Assembly: GCA_030390025.1 (NCBI GenBank) | Contig: CM059428.1 | Location: 146,258,001-146,322,000, forward strand | From: Squalus acanthias | Taxonomy: Eukaryota | Length of the DNA stretch: 64,000 nucleotides | Direction of reading: 5' to 3' | Program-made: the position numbers and the translations under genes | Notes under the pieces: generated by a model | What the model was told of the DNA's origin: nothing | Database searches by the model: none | What the model saw: the letters and a program-made list of their open reading frames with translations, nothing else | Shown here: positions 24,717-35,891 of the stretch, in pieces | Numbering within the stretch: the first letter of the stretch is position 1 | How the letters are laid out: each line of letters starts with the position of its first letter

Positions 24717-26930
24717 CTTTCTTTTTGAATAGATTTATTTTCTAACCCAAAATTGTATTTGTTCAGCTTCCACTATGGGTTCTATTGACTTTGGAATTTT
24801 TATTTGTTCCTATCCCGGGAGGAATTTTATGGGATAATCATTTGAACTTCCCAAAGGAGTGGTAAACCCTTTTTAAAACAAAGCATGCTTATTTATCTAC
24901 TCCCTATCTCTTTTGCCTCCCTGCCCAGCTTTCTGATTTAAAAAAAAAGAAGTGATCTAGGATAGTGCTCCATTAAACCAACTTTCCCCTGATCTGTAGC
25001 ACGGACTCCCTGGGAAACTGGGTCAGGTGTGAGTGGAACTGCTCAACCACATTAAATATGGTGAATCTAGCAGAGTAGCAAGGGTACTGCATCAAATTAT
25101 TGCCAAATTTGCCAGGTGTTTGAAGAATCCGAATTGTGATTTTACTGCTGTTAATTCCAAATTAAGATAATTTGAGGGTTTAAGACTGTTGTATAGTTTT
25201 GTGATCAGAATTCTGGCTGCCATTACACTCAGCCATGCCAACAGGGCATATGTATATCATAGCTGCTAGAAATGTTTACGTAATGCATAGGTGCCTACAA
25301 CCAGGTATAGCTGTAACATTTTCACCTACATGTACAGAAAACAGTCCAGTCAGGTGCAAACCAGTTGAATTATTTTAGTTTAATTATTAATGGAGCGTTA
25401 AACCAGCCTTACTGCTATGGTATTATAGTGTAAGGATAAGGTTTATATATTTTTTTTAAGGATAAAATATATACATATTAGAAGAATAGCACACACTAGG
25501 TATGTGTATAAAGCACAGGAGAAAGTCTTGATACAGTATAGGGAAAGCAGCTAAATGTGGTTAACATATGGATCCTTAAAGGGGCCAAACACATGAATAA
25601 TTTGTTTTGGACTTTCTGCTTTGGGGGGCTATACAAATAGTATAATAAAATAAGGGTATTTACAGAGTCAAGATTGCTCTGTTTTAGGTGAATAAAGTAC
25701 CAATTTGCATCTTGTTCTAAATGCAGCATGCAATAGTTTCCCCTACAACTTAACGCCCATCATCAGTGCTGATTTGCTTAAATAAAGTTGGTTTTAATTA
25801 GGATTCATTTTGAGTTCAGGAAGGTATTTTCTTTATGAAGAAACTAGTTGCCACGAAACTTTCTTCCTCCCCAGATGTTTTACTTTCTACCATAGAGAAT
25901 TTTCTGTATCTTATAAACCTCTCACTTCTTCTGACATCTCCACGCACCTTTTCCACAGCCAATGGGACCAGCAGGAGACTTGCCTGTAGATCTCTGCTTC
26001 TTTAAAGCTGGTTGCAAGGAGGTGCCTGAAAGTAGACCAGGGTAACTAGCATGGAGGTGGTGTACATGAGCAGCCTACGATGGCTTCCAGTTTTCCCCCT
26101 CTCGTGGTGAAGCACCTGGCCTCTAGTTATTATGACCACAAGGGGACAAGAGTTGTACAACACTTGAAACACCAAAATACTTTGGCAAGCGCAGTTCACT
26201 GTATGTTTTGTAATAAGAAATTGTACAGTGCAACCCACTTTTTGCTGCTGTTCTCTTTTGGGTGAGGCCATCCATGATGATGCTTAATATTTTTACAGGT
26301 TCAGAATATATTTAGATTTCATTTAGACATTCTACCACATGTGTATGTTTATCTCTTTTTTTTTTGTTCTGTTTACATCATTTGTTTAGATCTAGTGCGA
26401 AGCAGTTGTGTCCATCTCAGCCTTGCCAATCCAATATTAGATGATGATCAGTAATTTGCTTAAACAATTTTCTAATCCAAAATTGCATTTGAACCTAAAA
26501 CTGGTTTAAGTGTTAGCCAAAAACTGTCTATTTACTTTCTATGAATAACTGGCTTCTGATGTTCATTGGCTGTTGTGTAGCTCGGTATTTGGTGGCTTTT
26601 TTGCAAGTTGCGTGTGCAGGTGTGGATGGGATCGGGCAACTGCGATGGCCATGGGTCAAATAGCCTGATTCACTGTCTATCTCACACATGAAAAAGACAA
26701 CTTGGGTGAGGTACCAGAGGGCCGCAGGTGCCTGGGGAAACTCACTCCAGCAAGTGTACAAAACTTTAGGAGAGCAAAGGAGATTATTGGCAGGGTTGGG
26801 TGAAAATGCCACAAGAAATTTCTGCAAACTTTGGTAACCTCACAATGGATAATTGTACCCAAAGAAGGAAAGAGGTGTGGAATTCTGGCAGTAAATTGAC
26901 TCTAGCTGTCTTTGCTATACTTCCATATAG

Positions 26931-27014
26931 CAATGCAATGAAAGTAAAGAGTGAATGGTTTCTACAGAGAGATTCCAATGGCGAGACACCTTCTCTTATC
27001 AACTGGCCTTCCAG
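26931..27014 (+). CDS. SVIL: SVIL coding exon (84 nt, symmetric phase 2-2)
   Basis: ccatatAG|C...TCCAG|GTACTG; [28 protein letters not shown]. Confidence 0.95.
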
Positions 27015-29185
27015 GTACTGTGGAATGTGATTTTCTTTTGTAATTTTCAGATCATTCCTAACTACACATTTTAGTCATTGATGTGTGTTTTCCATATTGC
27101 TCATCAGATCATTGTGTGTTCCCAGTGTTGGCCAGCATTTTATGTTGGTTTGACATCTTTCCTGGTAGAAAGATCTATCTCGAAACTTCACATACTAAAC
27201 TCATTGTTCATTTTCATGTATCTCCATAATTGATTTGTTGGGTTTTGGGTGTGCATGACTAATCCTTATCCGGACCTCAGACAACACAAAAATGTGGTTT
27301 AGTTCCCAGTCACATTTTAACCATTCATCAAAAATCCTCCCTTGCCATGTTTTGTGTGATTATTGCTGTAAAGTCCATAGTGCTCTTCCAATGCCAGCAT
27401 AAACCAAGGAGTTGGTCACATGATGGATGGAGAAGCAGCTCAATCAATAGTTTAATATGCATTTACTAAACTTTAAAATACAAATCTAGATTGAATTGAT
27501 GCTGGATTTGTTTTTATTACTATACTGAGATGTAAATAATGGAATTGGCTGGATTACTGTTAGCTAATCTGACATTATTTTGGTCAAGTATGGGGACACT
27601 GATTACTTCATAGAGATAGAAAAGACAAACTGGGAGAGGTATAGGCATCTACTGTAGACCACCAGGTCAGGAGGATGGATTGGACCAAGCACATTGTAGT
27701 CATATAAGGGAAGTGTGTACAGGAACAGATGCAGTTGTTAGGGGTGGTGTCAACTTACCAGACATAGATTACAAAATCTATAAAGTGTGCTACAGGAATG
27801 AACACGTGATCCTAGATACAATGTTCGATAGTTAAATTAAATAATGAGTCATGGATCACACTTGGGCAGGGGTGCTATTGGGGCCAATATTAAGTTACAA
27901 CCAGGAGATGGTAAAACAGATCAGAATCGGAACACGTCCTCAACGGTGGCCACTATATGGTGGAGTTTCATTCAAGTTTAGAAAGGCAGATTGAGGGGCG
28001 TGCTGAGGAAGTGGTGCTGGACTGTACTGTTGAAGGGGAAAAGCAATGAAGAAGGCTAACGAGCAAAAAACCAAGGTAGGCAAAATGGAAGTAATGTGGA
28101 GAATAAGGGCAACAGGATAGTATTTCTAAAGTATAAAGCTACAGGTAGCATAGTGCACTTAGATAAATATAATAAACAAGGTAATGGAGGTTGTGGAACT
28201 GGTCAGAAGAGCTAAATTATAAAATAAGATTAGAATATCAGAGGATTTTTAAAAGAAATGTCGAGCATTTCTAGAAATATATTTGCAGCAAGCAGGTTAG
28301 AAAAGGAAGCGGTGGAGCCATCGAAAGATCCCAAAGCTGACATGATATCAAGTGACCAAAGACAGCAAATATACTAAATGAATTCTTCTGTGTTCATAGA
28401 AGACTACGGAACACTTCCCAGTGTAAAAGGCAAATTTCAGAGAATGGTGGTGGGGACGGTGAAAGTGCTGAAGGATTTAGAAATTTCAGATAAGGCGGTC
28501 ACTGACAGGCTAGGGACTAAAGGCAAGGTGCAAGATCCAATGGACTTCATGCAAGAGGATTTAAAGAATTGGTTAGCAAAATCAGTTGCTTCTTTGCAAT
28601 CTTTAGGGAATCATTAGAAACAGAAGTGGTGCCCAAGGATTGGAAAGTAGCTAATAAAACAGCCATCTTTAAAAAGCAGAGGTCGTTCAGGAAACTACAG
28701 GCTAGTGAGCTTAACAGCCAATGTGGGTAAAGCCTTAGAATAATTGCTGAAAGTGGCTAATGAAATACCTAGATAGGTATGTCATAGAAGAGGGAGTTAA
28801 TATAGATTTATGACAGACCACCTTTGACAACAGAAATTCTGTGGATATGATTTCAGTAAGTCTTTGAATTTTGCGCTGCATGAGATTAGTTAACAAGGTA
28901 GGAAGGCAAGCTTCTGAGGTGGATTGAAAAATGACCAAACCAGGGAAAGCAAAGGGTGGCTTTGAGTGGAGTTGGATTGCTATAGCATTGGGTCACTGGA
29001 GGTACCACAGCGATCTATGCTGGAGCTGGTGCTGTTTCCAGTGTATTTAAATGATTTGGATCTCGAGCCAGAAACAAAGTTATCTGCAGATGACTCTGCT
29101 TTTCTGGTGGGGGTGGGGGTAGGGGGTGGTTCAAGCAATAGCATCAGGTAAATCAAATACAAAGGGCTCTGGATAGGTTGGGATG

Positions 29186-29410
29186 ATGCGGAGATGCTGG
29201 TGTTGGACTGGGGTGGACAAAAGTGAGAAGTCGCACAACACCAGGTTATAGTCCAACAGTTTTATTTGAAATCACAAGCTTTCGGAGCGCTGCTCCTTCG
29301 TCAGGTGAAGGAGCCTGACCTTCACCTGACGAAGGAGCAGCAGCTCCGAAAGCTTGTGATTTCAAATAAAACTGTTGGACTATAACCTGGTGTTGTGCGA
29401 CTTCTCACTT
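29186..29410. mobile_element. Penelope-like-element-derived palindromic insertion, copy 2
   Basis: Arms 29221-29311 and 29319-29410 (one 1-nt indel) with a 7-nt loop; same left extension as copy 1; 12-bp direct repeat TAGGTTGGGATG at 29174-29185 and 29411-29422. Confidence 0.85.
29322..29359 (+). ncRNA. minimal hammerhead ribozyme motif (mirror copy on - strand)
   Basis: TCAC-CTGACGA-A-GGAGC-AGCA-GCTCC-GAAA-GCTT-GTGA. Confidence 0.75.
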
Positions 29411-29778
29411 TAGGTTGGGATGGTAGGCTGATGAATTGCACTTGGCACTTAATGTGGACAAATGTAAGCTGATGGACTAGAGAAGGGAAAGTAAACAGTG
29501 AGAATATAAATTAATTGGTGTAGGCTACAAGACATGACACAGGAGAGGAATCTGGGGGTAATTGTGGATAGCTTGTGTAAAGCAGCAGCATAGTGTACAT
29601 TAGCAGTAAGGAATTCCTACTCCAGTCTCTGGATATACAACACGCATCCTAAGAGGCGATGAGTGTACCAGGGACTGGTGTTGCCAGACCTGGATTTCTG
29701 TGTACAATTATGGTCACCGTACTACAGTAAGGATGGTCAAGCATTGGAGCCTGAAAAGAGCAACCAAGCTGACACCTA

Positions 29779-30458
29779 GGCCCCGATATTTGCAGGGAGG
29801 GAGCAGGGACGCATGTCTGCGGCCGGAAATGCCCGGAATGCTGAGGTCCCGTCGAATTTAACGGCAGGACTTCATTAACATTTTTTTTACCCCGTTTCCC
29901 ACCCGGCAGCCCGCCAGATTGAGAGGCTGGTCAGCTACCGGGTGGGAAAGCCACTGGTAGAAGGCTGCAGCTGGGGACTGTCTCCGGCATTTGGGAAAGG
30001 ATCGGGGCATGGTGGGTGGGGGGGGCGGGTGGTAGTGGTGCTCGGAGTGCGGCAGCAAGGAGGGAGAAATTGCGGGAGTTGGGTGGGGGGGGGGGAGGGG
30101 CTGAAAATTGCGGCAGAAGATTTGCTTGAGGGGCCGGCGGAAGCACTCCTGGCCCACAAACCGTGCTCTACAAAGCACTTACCTGCTGGATCTGGCCGTT
30201 CCCACCACCCTTTAGCTGCTGGGTTTCCCGAGCCCGGGGAAACCCAGCCTGCAGCTGTTAAATTCAAATGGCAGGAATGGAACCTGATTAACATATATTA
30301 AAATCACTGACCCACCTCGCCAGAGTGGGTTACCCGGACGCCCCCAAACCCGCCGCGGTTAAACCGGAAGTAGGCGCGTTCCCGGCAGGTTGGGTTCGGG
30401 TTTCACATTTACCGATTTACCCTCTGCTGCCCATCGTGAGGGGATTAAAATACCCCCG
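29779..30458. mobile_element. GC-rich non-autonomous DNA-transposon-like element
   Basis: GC-rich block interrupting the CR1 between TKL(T)P and SVKQLNYEERL; shares sequence in opposite orientation with 46277-46600 (ggttgggttcgggtttca vs tgaaacaggaacccaacc, and a gggtttcc...ggaaaccc hairpin). Confidence 0.65.
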
Positions 30459-30821
30459 CCCCAGTGTAAAGCAGCTGAACTATGAGGAGAGGTTGAAAAG
30501 CCTAGGATTGTTTGCTCTGCTGAAAAGAAGGCTCAAAGGAAGATGATAGTCACTTATCTAAAGGGAATGGTGAAATTGAACTGTGATAATGCGTTTGAGA
30601 TTGCTGCTACAAATCCTAAAACCCGGGCTCAAGTTTAGAAGGGAAGGTGCCGAGACAGTTCTGATTCAACTATTTCACGTCGTAGGAGGCGGCTTCTCTG
30701 GAACAGTGTCACAGGAAGGCAGCAGGCCAGATAGTGTAAAAAAAATTAAAGGAGAATTGGATAGATATTTGAGGGAGTGGACAATTAGAAAAATATTAAG
30801 ATTTTAGGACAGATAGACTGA

Positions 30822-31452
30822 AGAGAGTATTTTAACCCCTCCGATTGGCGGGAATGGTGCGGGCAGGGGGGTTAAGCTAGCGAAGTTGGGGTTTGCGCTG
30901 CATTCCCAACAGACCACCACCTTAACTTCCCTGAAATCAGGTACAGGAAGGCTGCTCACTCCAGAGGAGCGGGGGCTTAATTTAAACGGCAGACCGACTA
31001 AGGGCTGCACAGTCTCGTAGCCGCCAGTAAAAGCTGCCGACAGGCCACATCCGAGCCACAGAATGCCCAGGTAAGTGTTTTTTTTTAATAGTATTTTGCA
31101 AAAGTTCCTTGTGGCCCAGGAGGAACAGGAGCGCTCCTCCTGGCCCAACAAGGATACATTGGACCTCCCCCCGCTCTCTTTCCCCCCCCCCCCCCCCCCA
31201 CCCCATGGTCGTCGACTGTACCGATTTCCCCCCTTCCGCACTTCCCATGCTAGCGACTGTTTGCGGCGGCAAATGTTGACGTCATTCCCGCCAACTTAGG
31301 CGAAACTCAGTGTTGTGCATTCATCTAAGGCTCAGGAGTTAAAATCTCCTGGGTCTCACGCTTTGGGGGGGCCAGATGGATCGCAGCCTGCTTCGGCCCT
31401 CACATCGTCGATTCCCACCCCGATCGGGGTCTCTTCTGGTCCTGTATTTTCT
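30822..31452. mobile_element. GC-rich MITE-like element(s)
   Basis: GC-rich island starting agagtattttaacccc, with poly-C and ggagcgctcctcc; termini resemble other GC-rich inserts. Confidence 0.45.
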
Positions 31453-34029
31453 GCCAATACGTTGCACAATTGACTTTGCGGCATCTCACACTATTAACAG
31501 TGTGAAATATTTCCATCAATGTAGAACTGTTCATTCAGTGTGTGATTTTAAATTTTCTTGTTTGAAGTGACTACTTCGATTATTGGCACAATTAAGAACA
31601 TTAAGCTATGATATATTGAACCACTTAATGTTAGCACATATGTAAAGAAGACATGTGTGAAACTTGGAATAAATGTGCCAGTGCCTATGGCCACCTAAAC
31701 CTTTCTTTTGTGTATTTACATATACACTTTTTCACTGAATTATGAAAACCAACCAACCCACTGATGAAGTCCTAGCCCTTTTCGGACTACCCCAGATCAG
31801 GCGTATTCCCCAGACGTTCACCTTCAACTGAAGTTGGCAGTAGCCGAAGCCTAGAGACGCTTAATTGGGTCTAAAGGTTCAGACTATCTCTCCCTAAAGG
31901 AAAGAAACGGCCTGAAGATGTTACCATCCTCCGGATAGCACGTTTAACTAGACTGTAACCTTCCGGATATTATGAGGGTCCGGAAAATCCCCCAGAATTC
32001 TGCAACTCCTTACCGAAGAGTGTACAGAAATTGAGTTCGCAAGATTGATACAGAAATACTCTTTGAGACAATTTTAAAAATATATAGATTTATTAAAGAA
32101 CCGACATTTAGCTGGTATGGCAATCGCAACTTTAACCATTCAAAATACAAATAGCTTACATTTCTTATCAGAGATCCTTATTCTCAAATCTTAACTTCGT
32201 TACATTTCCACACTTCTACTTATTTCTTAATCCAGAATATCCACCAAAATCAAATACCTTGATTACCCGAGACTCAGAGTTAAAAACTTAGAGCGTGTCT
32301 GTGAAGTTGAGAAACGCTTGCCCTTCCAGCGACTTCTGACTCTATCTGAAAAGCTCTATTTTTATACCTTTTTTAGTGGTATTTTCTTTGAAGTTTTCTT
32401 TTTGATGTAAGCTAATTGTCTCTAGTGATACTCTATTGAATTCTTTTCTATTCTTACTGTCATTTCAGCTGCCAACTTTTAGAATTCTGTCTCTACCTTT
32501 AGGTGTTTCAAAAACTTTTCATTTTTATGGTTATTGTCGATTTATCTATTTGATGCTATTCTTAGGAAGTCTTTCGATTGAATTCTTAATATCACTTAAC
32601 TGCTTGTAAGCCAGACCTCGTGACTCTGTGGTGTTCCAAGTTTAACACACAAACAATGTAATTGCTTGGTGTCATCTATTGATATTATATTTTCAAAGCC
32701 TCTCTGTAGGTATATTTTACAACTTGTAAATTGAAAACACTTCTCTTAAGGTGTTTACTTGTTTTCTTGCTATCTCAATTGGTTGTATATTTAATCGTGT
32801 TTCCTGTCTTATTTGATGTTACTTTATGAAGGCATATGGTTGTTTAATGTTCTGTGTTTCTTGTTCGAAGTGTTAGATTTTGTTCCAAACTCTAGACATT
32901 CTGGAAGTGCCAATGGTTTGCTTCAACAGGGGCATTGTTTTTGTGTTTACAAACCAATTTCCATTTCAAAGCTTGTGGTGTTTTACAGCTTTTGTGTTAA
33001 CACTTCATCTTATCTCCGAAGCCTGTATTGTGTTTGCAGCCTGTGTCTCCGAGGCTTTCCAGACTTTTAAACTCAGTATGTCTTGTATTAATAATATCAG
33101 AAATCTGTTTATAGGATGGTGTATTTTTCTGAAATATGGCTATTCCATTACAATCCGTGCATATCAACACATAGTCAGTTTTATTCATTCAACAATGTCA
33201 TACAGAATTAATTCACTCAATCATCCAATCAAGCAAAAAGACCTGGACAGTGTCATTTTGACCTCATTACCATACTCCGGTGTTCTTCCTTCCCCCTTTC
33301 TTTGTGTATGTGTGTTAGCTCAATCGTTCTATTTCTGGCCTTGTCAGCAGTAGTCCTACGTTGCACTTAGTGAAGGAAAAGATCTCACCTGCTTAATTGA
33401 TCTCCTGGTGCTCTTGAATAGTGTTTTTTTTTTCTCTTACAGAAGCGATTAAAAGTGTTTAAACTTGTTTCTCCACAATATTTCAACCTCAGTCATCAGA
33501 GCAGTTCCAAGATATTTATTTGTAGTATTGTTCCATCAGGCCCTGTTGTCTCCAGCCGATCTGCGCTGATCAGTTTCTCTTCAGCTCTGGTTTATGCTGA
33601 CCTCTAATTGAGAGTTGCATTAAATGCCATGGATCCTCACCAGTTACCAACACCCATAATATTTGCCTTGTTAGTTCATTGATACCTGGATAGCGAAACC
33701 AGCTCCAAACTGAAAATGAAATATACATTTTAACCATTTAGTTCACTGGCAGCGTTCCAAACTGGAATGGCCTCCTTCACTCCCCTATGCAAGGAGTCCT
33801 ATTGTTTTGATTTCTTTAAGACCCACGTCTCTAGGTGCATTAAGTGCAGGTAGGGAGTGTTCTCGAACAATCATCCTAAAAAAGGTAACATCTGTTAGCC
33901 ATATTTCAAATTAGCTCCAAAAGCCACCAAGTTATTGAGGTCCTCTGAAAATGGAAGAGAATTTGTCATTCTTAATCATAAGACTGGTCAACCTTAAAGC
34001 TCTAATGTTGCCCTTTAGCAGTCTAATAA

Positions 34030-34906
34030 CAGGGGTTGGTTCTAGGACCACTGCTTTTCTTGATATATATTAATGACTTGGACAGGGTGTACAGGGCACA
34101 ATTTAAAAATTTGCAGCTGACACAAAACTTGGAAGTATAGTGAACAGTGAGGAGGAGAGTGATAGACTTCAGGAAGACATAGACAGGCTGGTGAAATGGG
34201 CGGACACGTGACCGATGAAATTTAACGCAGAAAAGGGATACATTTTAGTCGAAAGAATGAGGAGAGGACATATATAAACTAAATGGTACAATCCTGAAGG
34301 GGGCATGAACAGAGAGATTGGGGGTATGTGTGCACAAATCGCTGAAGGTGGCACGGCAGGTTGAGAAAGCAGTTAAAAAAGCGTATGGGATCCTGGGCTT
34401 CATAAATAGAGGTATAGAGTACAAAAAAGTGGAAATTATGTTGAACCTGTATAAAACACTGGTTCGGCCCCAACTGGAGTACTGTGTCCAATTCTGGGCA
34501 CCACACTTTAGGAAGGATGTGAAGGCCTTCGAGAGGGTGCAGAAAAGATTTATGAGAATTATTCTAGGGATGAGGGACTTCAGTTACATTGAAAGACTAC
34601 AGAAGCTGGGGTTGTTCTCCTTGAAGCAGAGAAGATTGAGAGTAGATTTGATAGAGGTAGTCAAAATCATGAGTGGTCTGGACAGAGTAGAGAGAGAGAA
34701 ACTGTTCCCATTGGCAGAAGGGTCGAGAACCATAGGACACAGATTTAAGGTGATTGGCAAAAGAACCAAAGGCGACGTAAGAAAAAACTTTTTTACGCAG
34801 CGAGTGGTTAAGATCTGGAATGCACTGCCTGAAAGGGTGGTGGAGGCAGATTCAATCACGGCTTTCAAAAGGGAGTTGGAAATCAATTTGCAGGGCTATG
34901 GGGAAA
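34030..34906 (+). mobile_element. 5'-truncated CR1 LINE
   Basis: QGLVLGPLLFLIYINDL, KFAADTKLG, LYKTLVRPQLEYCVQFWAP and FFTQRVVKIWNALP. Confidence 0.95.
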
Positions 34907-35208
34907 GTAAGTCAGTTGTGAAGGTTCCTTAAATCAAAGTCCTAACTGCATGTATGCAGAATCTTACCTTAACTTGTAGTCAGTCTTACTTATTTTTTAT
35001 TCACTAATCAGAAATGCAATTAGCCACATCTGAATTCCTAATTGGCCACAAGGCTAGTGGCCTAACATATTGGACAACATTACATTGGGGCCATGTAACT
35101 GACATGCTTCTGGCTCATACCAGGAGGCAGCAATGAGAGGGCGCAAATTGATAATCACAAAGAATTAAAGGGAGTGCAGAAAAAAAGTCTCCACACCGAA
35201 GGCGGTTA

Positions 35209-35891
35209 GAATGTGGAATTCTCTGTCTCAAACCTTTGGTGACGTAGAGTCCCGAACTGTTTTGGAAGAGAATTCGATAGTTGTTTCAAAAAGAATAATA
35301 ATAAATGATATGAGGAGCAAACGACTGTGGGGTTAGACCAGGTGGCTTGTGGAGGAAAATACTAGTGCACATTAGATGGGTCGGATGGTCTGTTTTAGTG
35401 CTTGTAAAAATCTATGATTTTCATAATTCGTGAGAAAAACAATTTGTGCAATAATCTCAGAGAGATTTAGTCATTGCAGCTTGATTGGGTAGTGGCTTAC
35501 ATTTTGAAGTAAGGATACACTAGACTGAGCCCGCGGCTTGTATTTCTAGCTTGCTCAGCTCCAACTGCTTCCCTTGCCAGTCAGGGCAAGTAGCTGCCTA
35601 TAGTCTGCACATAGTGTTCAACTTCAAGCAGTTTGGCTAGCTCTGTTGCTCAAAGAGTCTATGACAGATTCCACCCCCTCTCCATTTCCTTGCCAGTCTA
35701 TGCAATAATTTCTTTCTGTTAATACAGTAAACCAACCCCATCACCAAGCTGAGATTGGTGAATTGAATGCATTTCTTTGTGTGGAATGTGGAATTCTCTG
35801 TCTCAAACCTTTGGTGACGTAAAGTCCCTAACAGCTTTGGAAGAGAATTTGATAGTTGCCTCAAAAAGAATAATAATAAATGATATGAGGA
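35209..35891 (+). repeat. ~108-bp direct duplication (35209-35316 / 35784-35891) of an old CR1 3' fragment
   Basis: gaatgtggaattctctgtctcaaacctttggtgacgt...aataataataaatgatatgagga occurs twice with roughly 90% identity. Confidence 0.85.

Larger units (their letters stand above)
27560..30800 (+). mobile_element. old degraded CR1 LINE with nested inserts
   Basis: Remnant motifs in order: VPKDWKVAN, GNYRLVSL, VPQRSMLELVLF.VYLNDLD, DFCVQLWSP and LNYEERLKSLGLF; interrupted at 29186-29410 and 29779-30458. Confidence 0.75.

Noticed and set aside
29858-31299. Pro/Gly-rich ORFs in GC-rich islands, or a CpG-island promoter
   Set aside because: The ORFs arise from poly-G/poly-C runs in repeat inserts, one of which clearly interrupts a CR1; no splice or homology support.
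32880-33353. 157-aa hydrophobic ORF
   Set aside because: T-rich low-complexity composition explains the open frame; no recognisable domain or splice signals.
34318-34932. 204-aa ORF as a host gene
   Set aside because: CR1 ORF2 C-terminal fragment.
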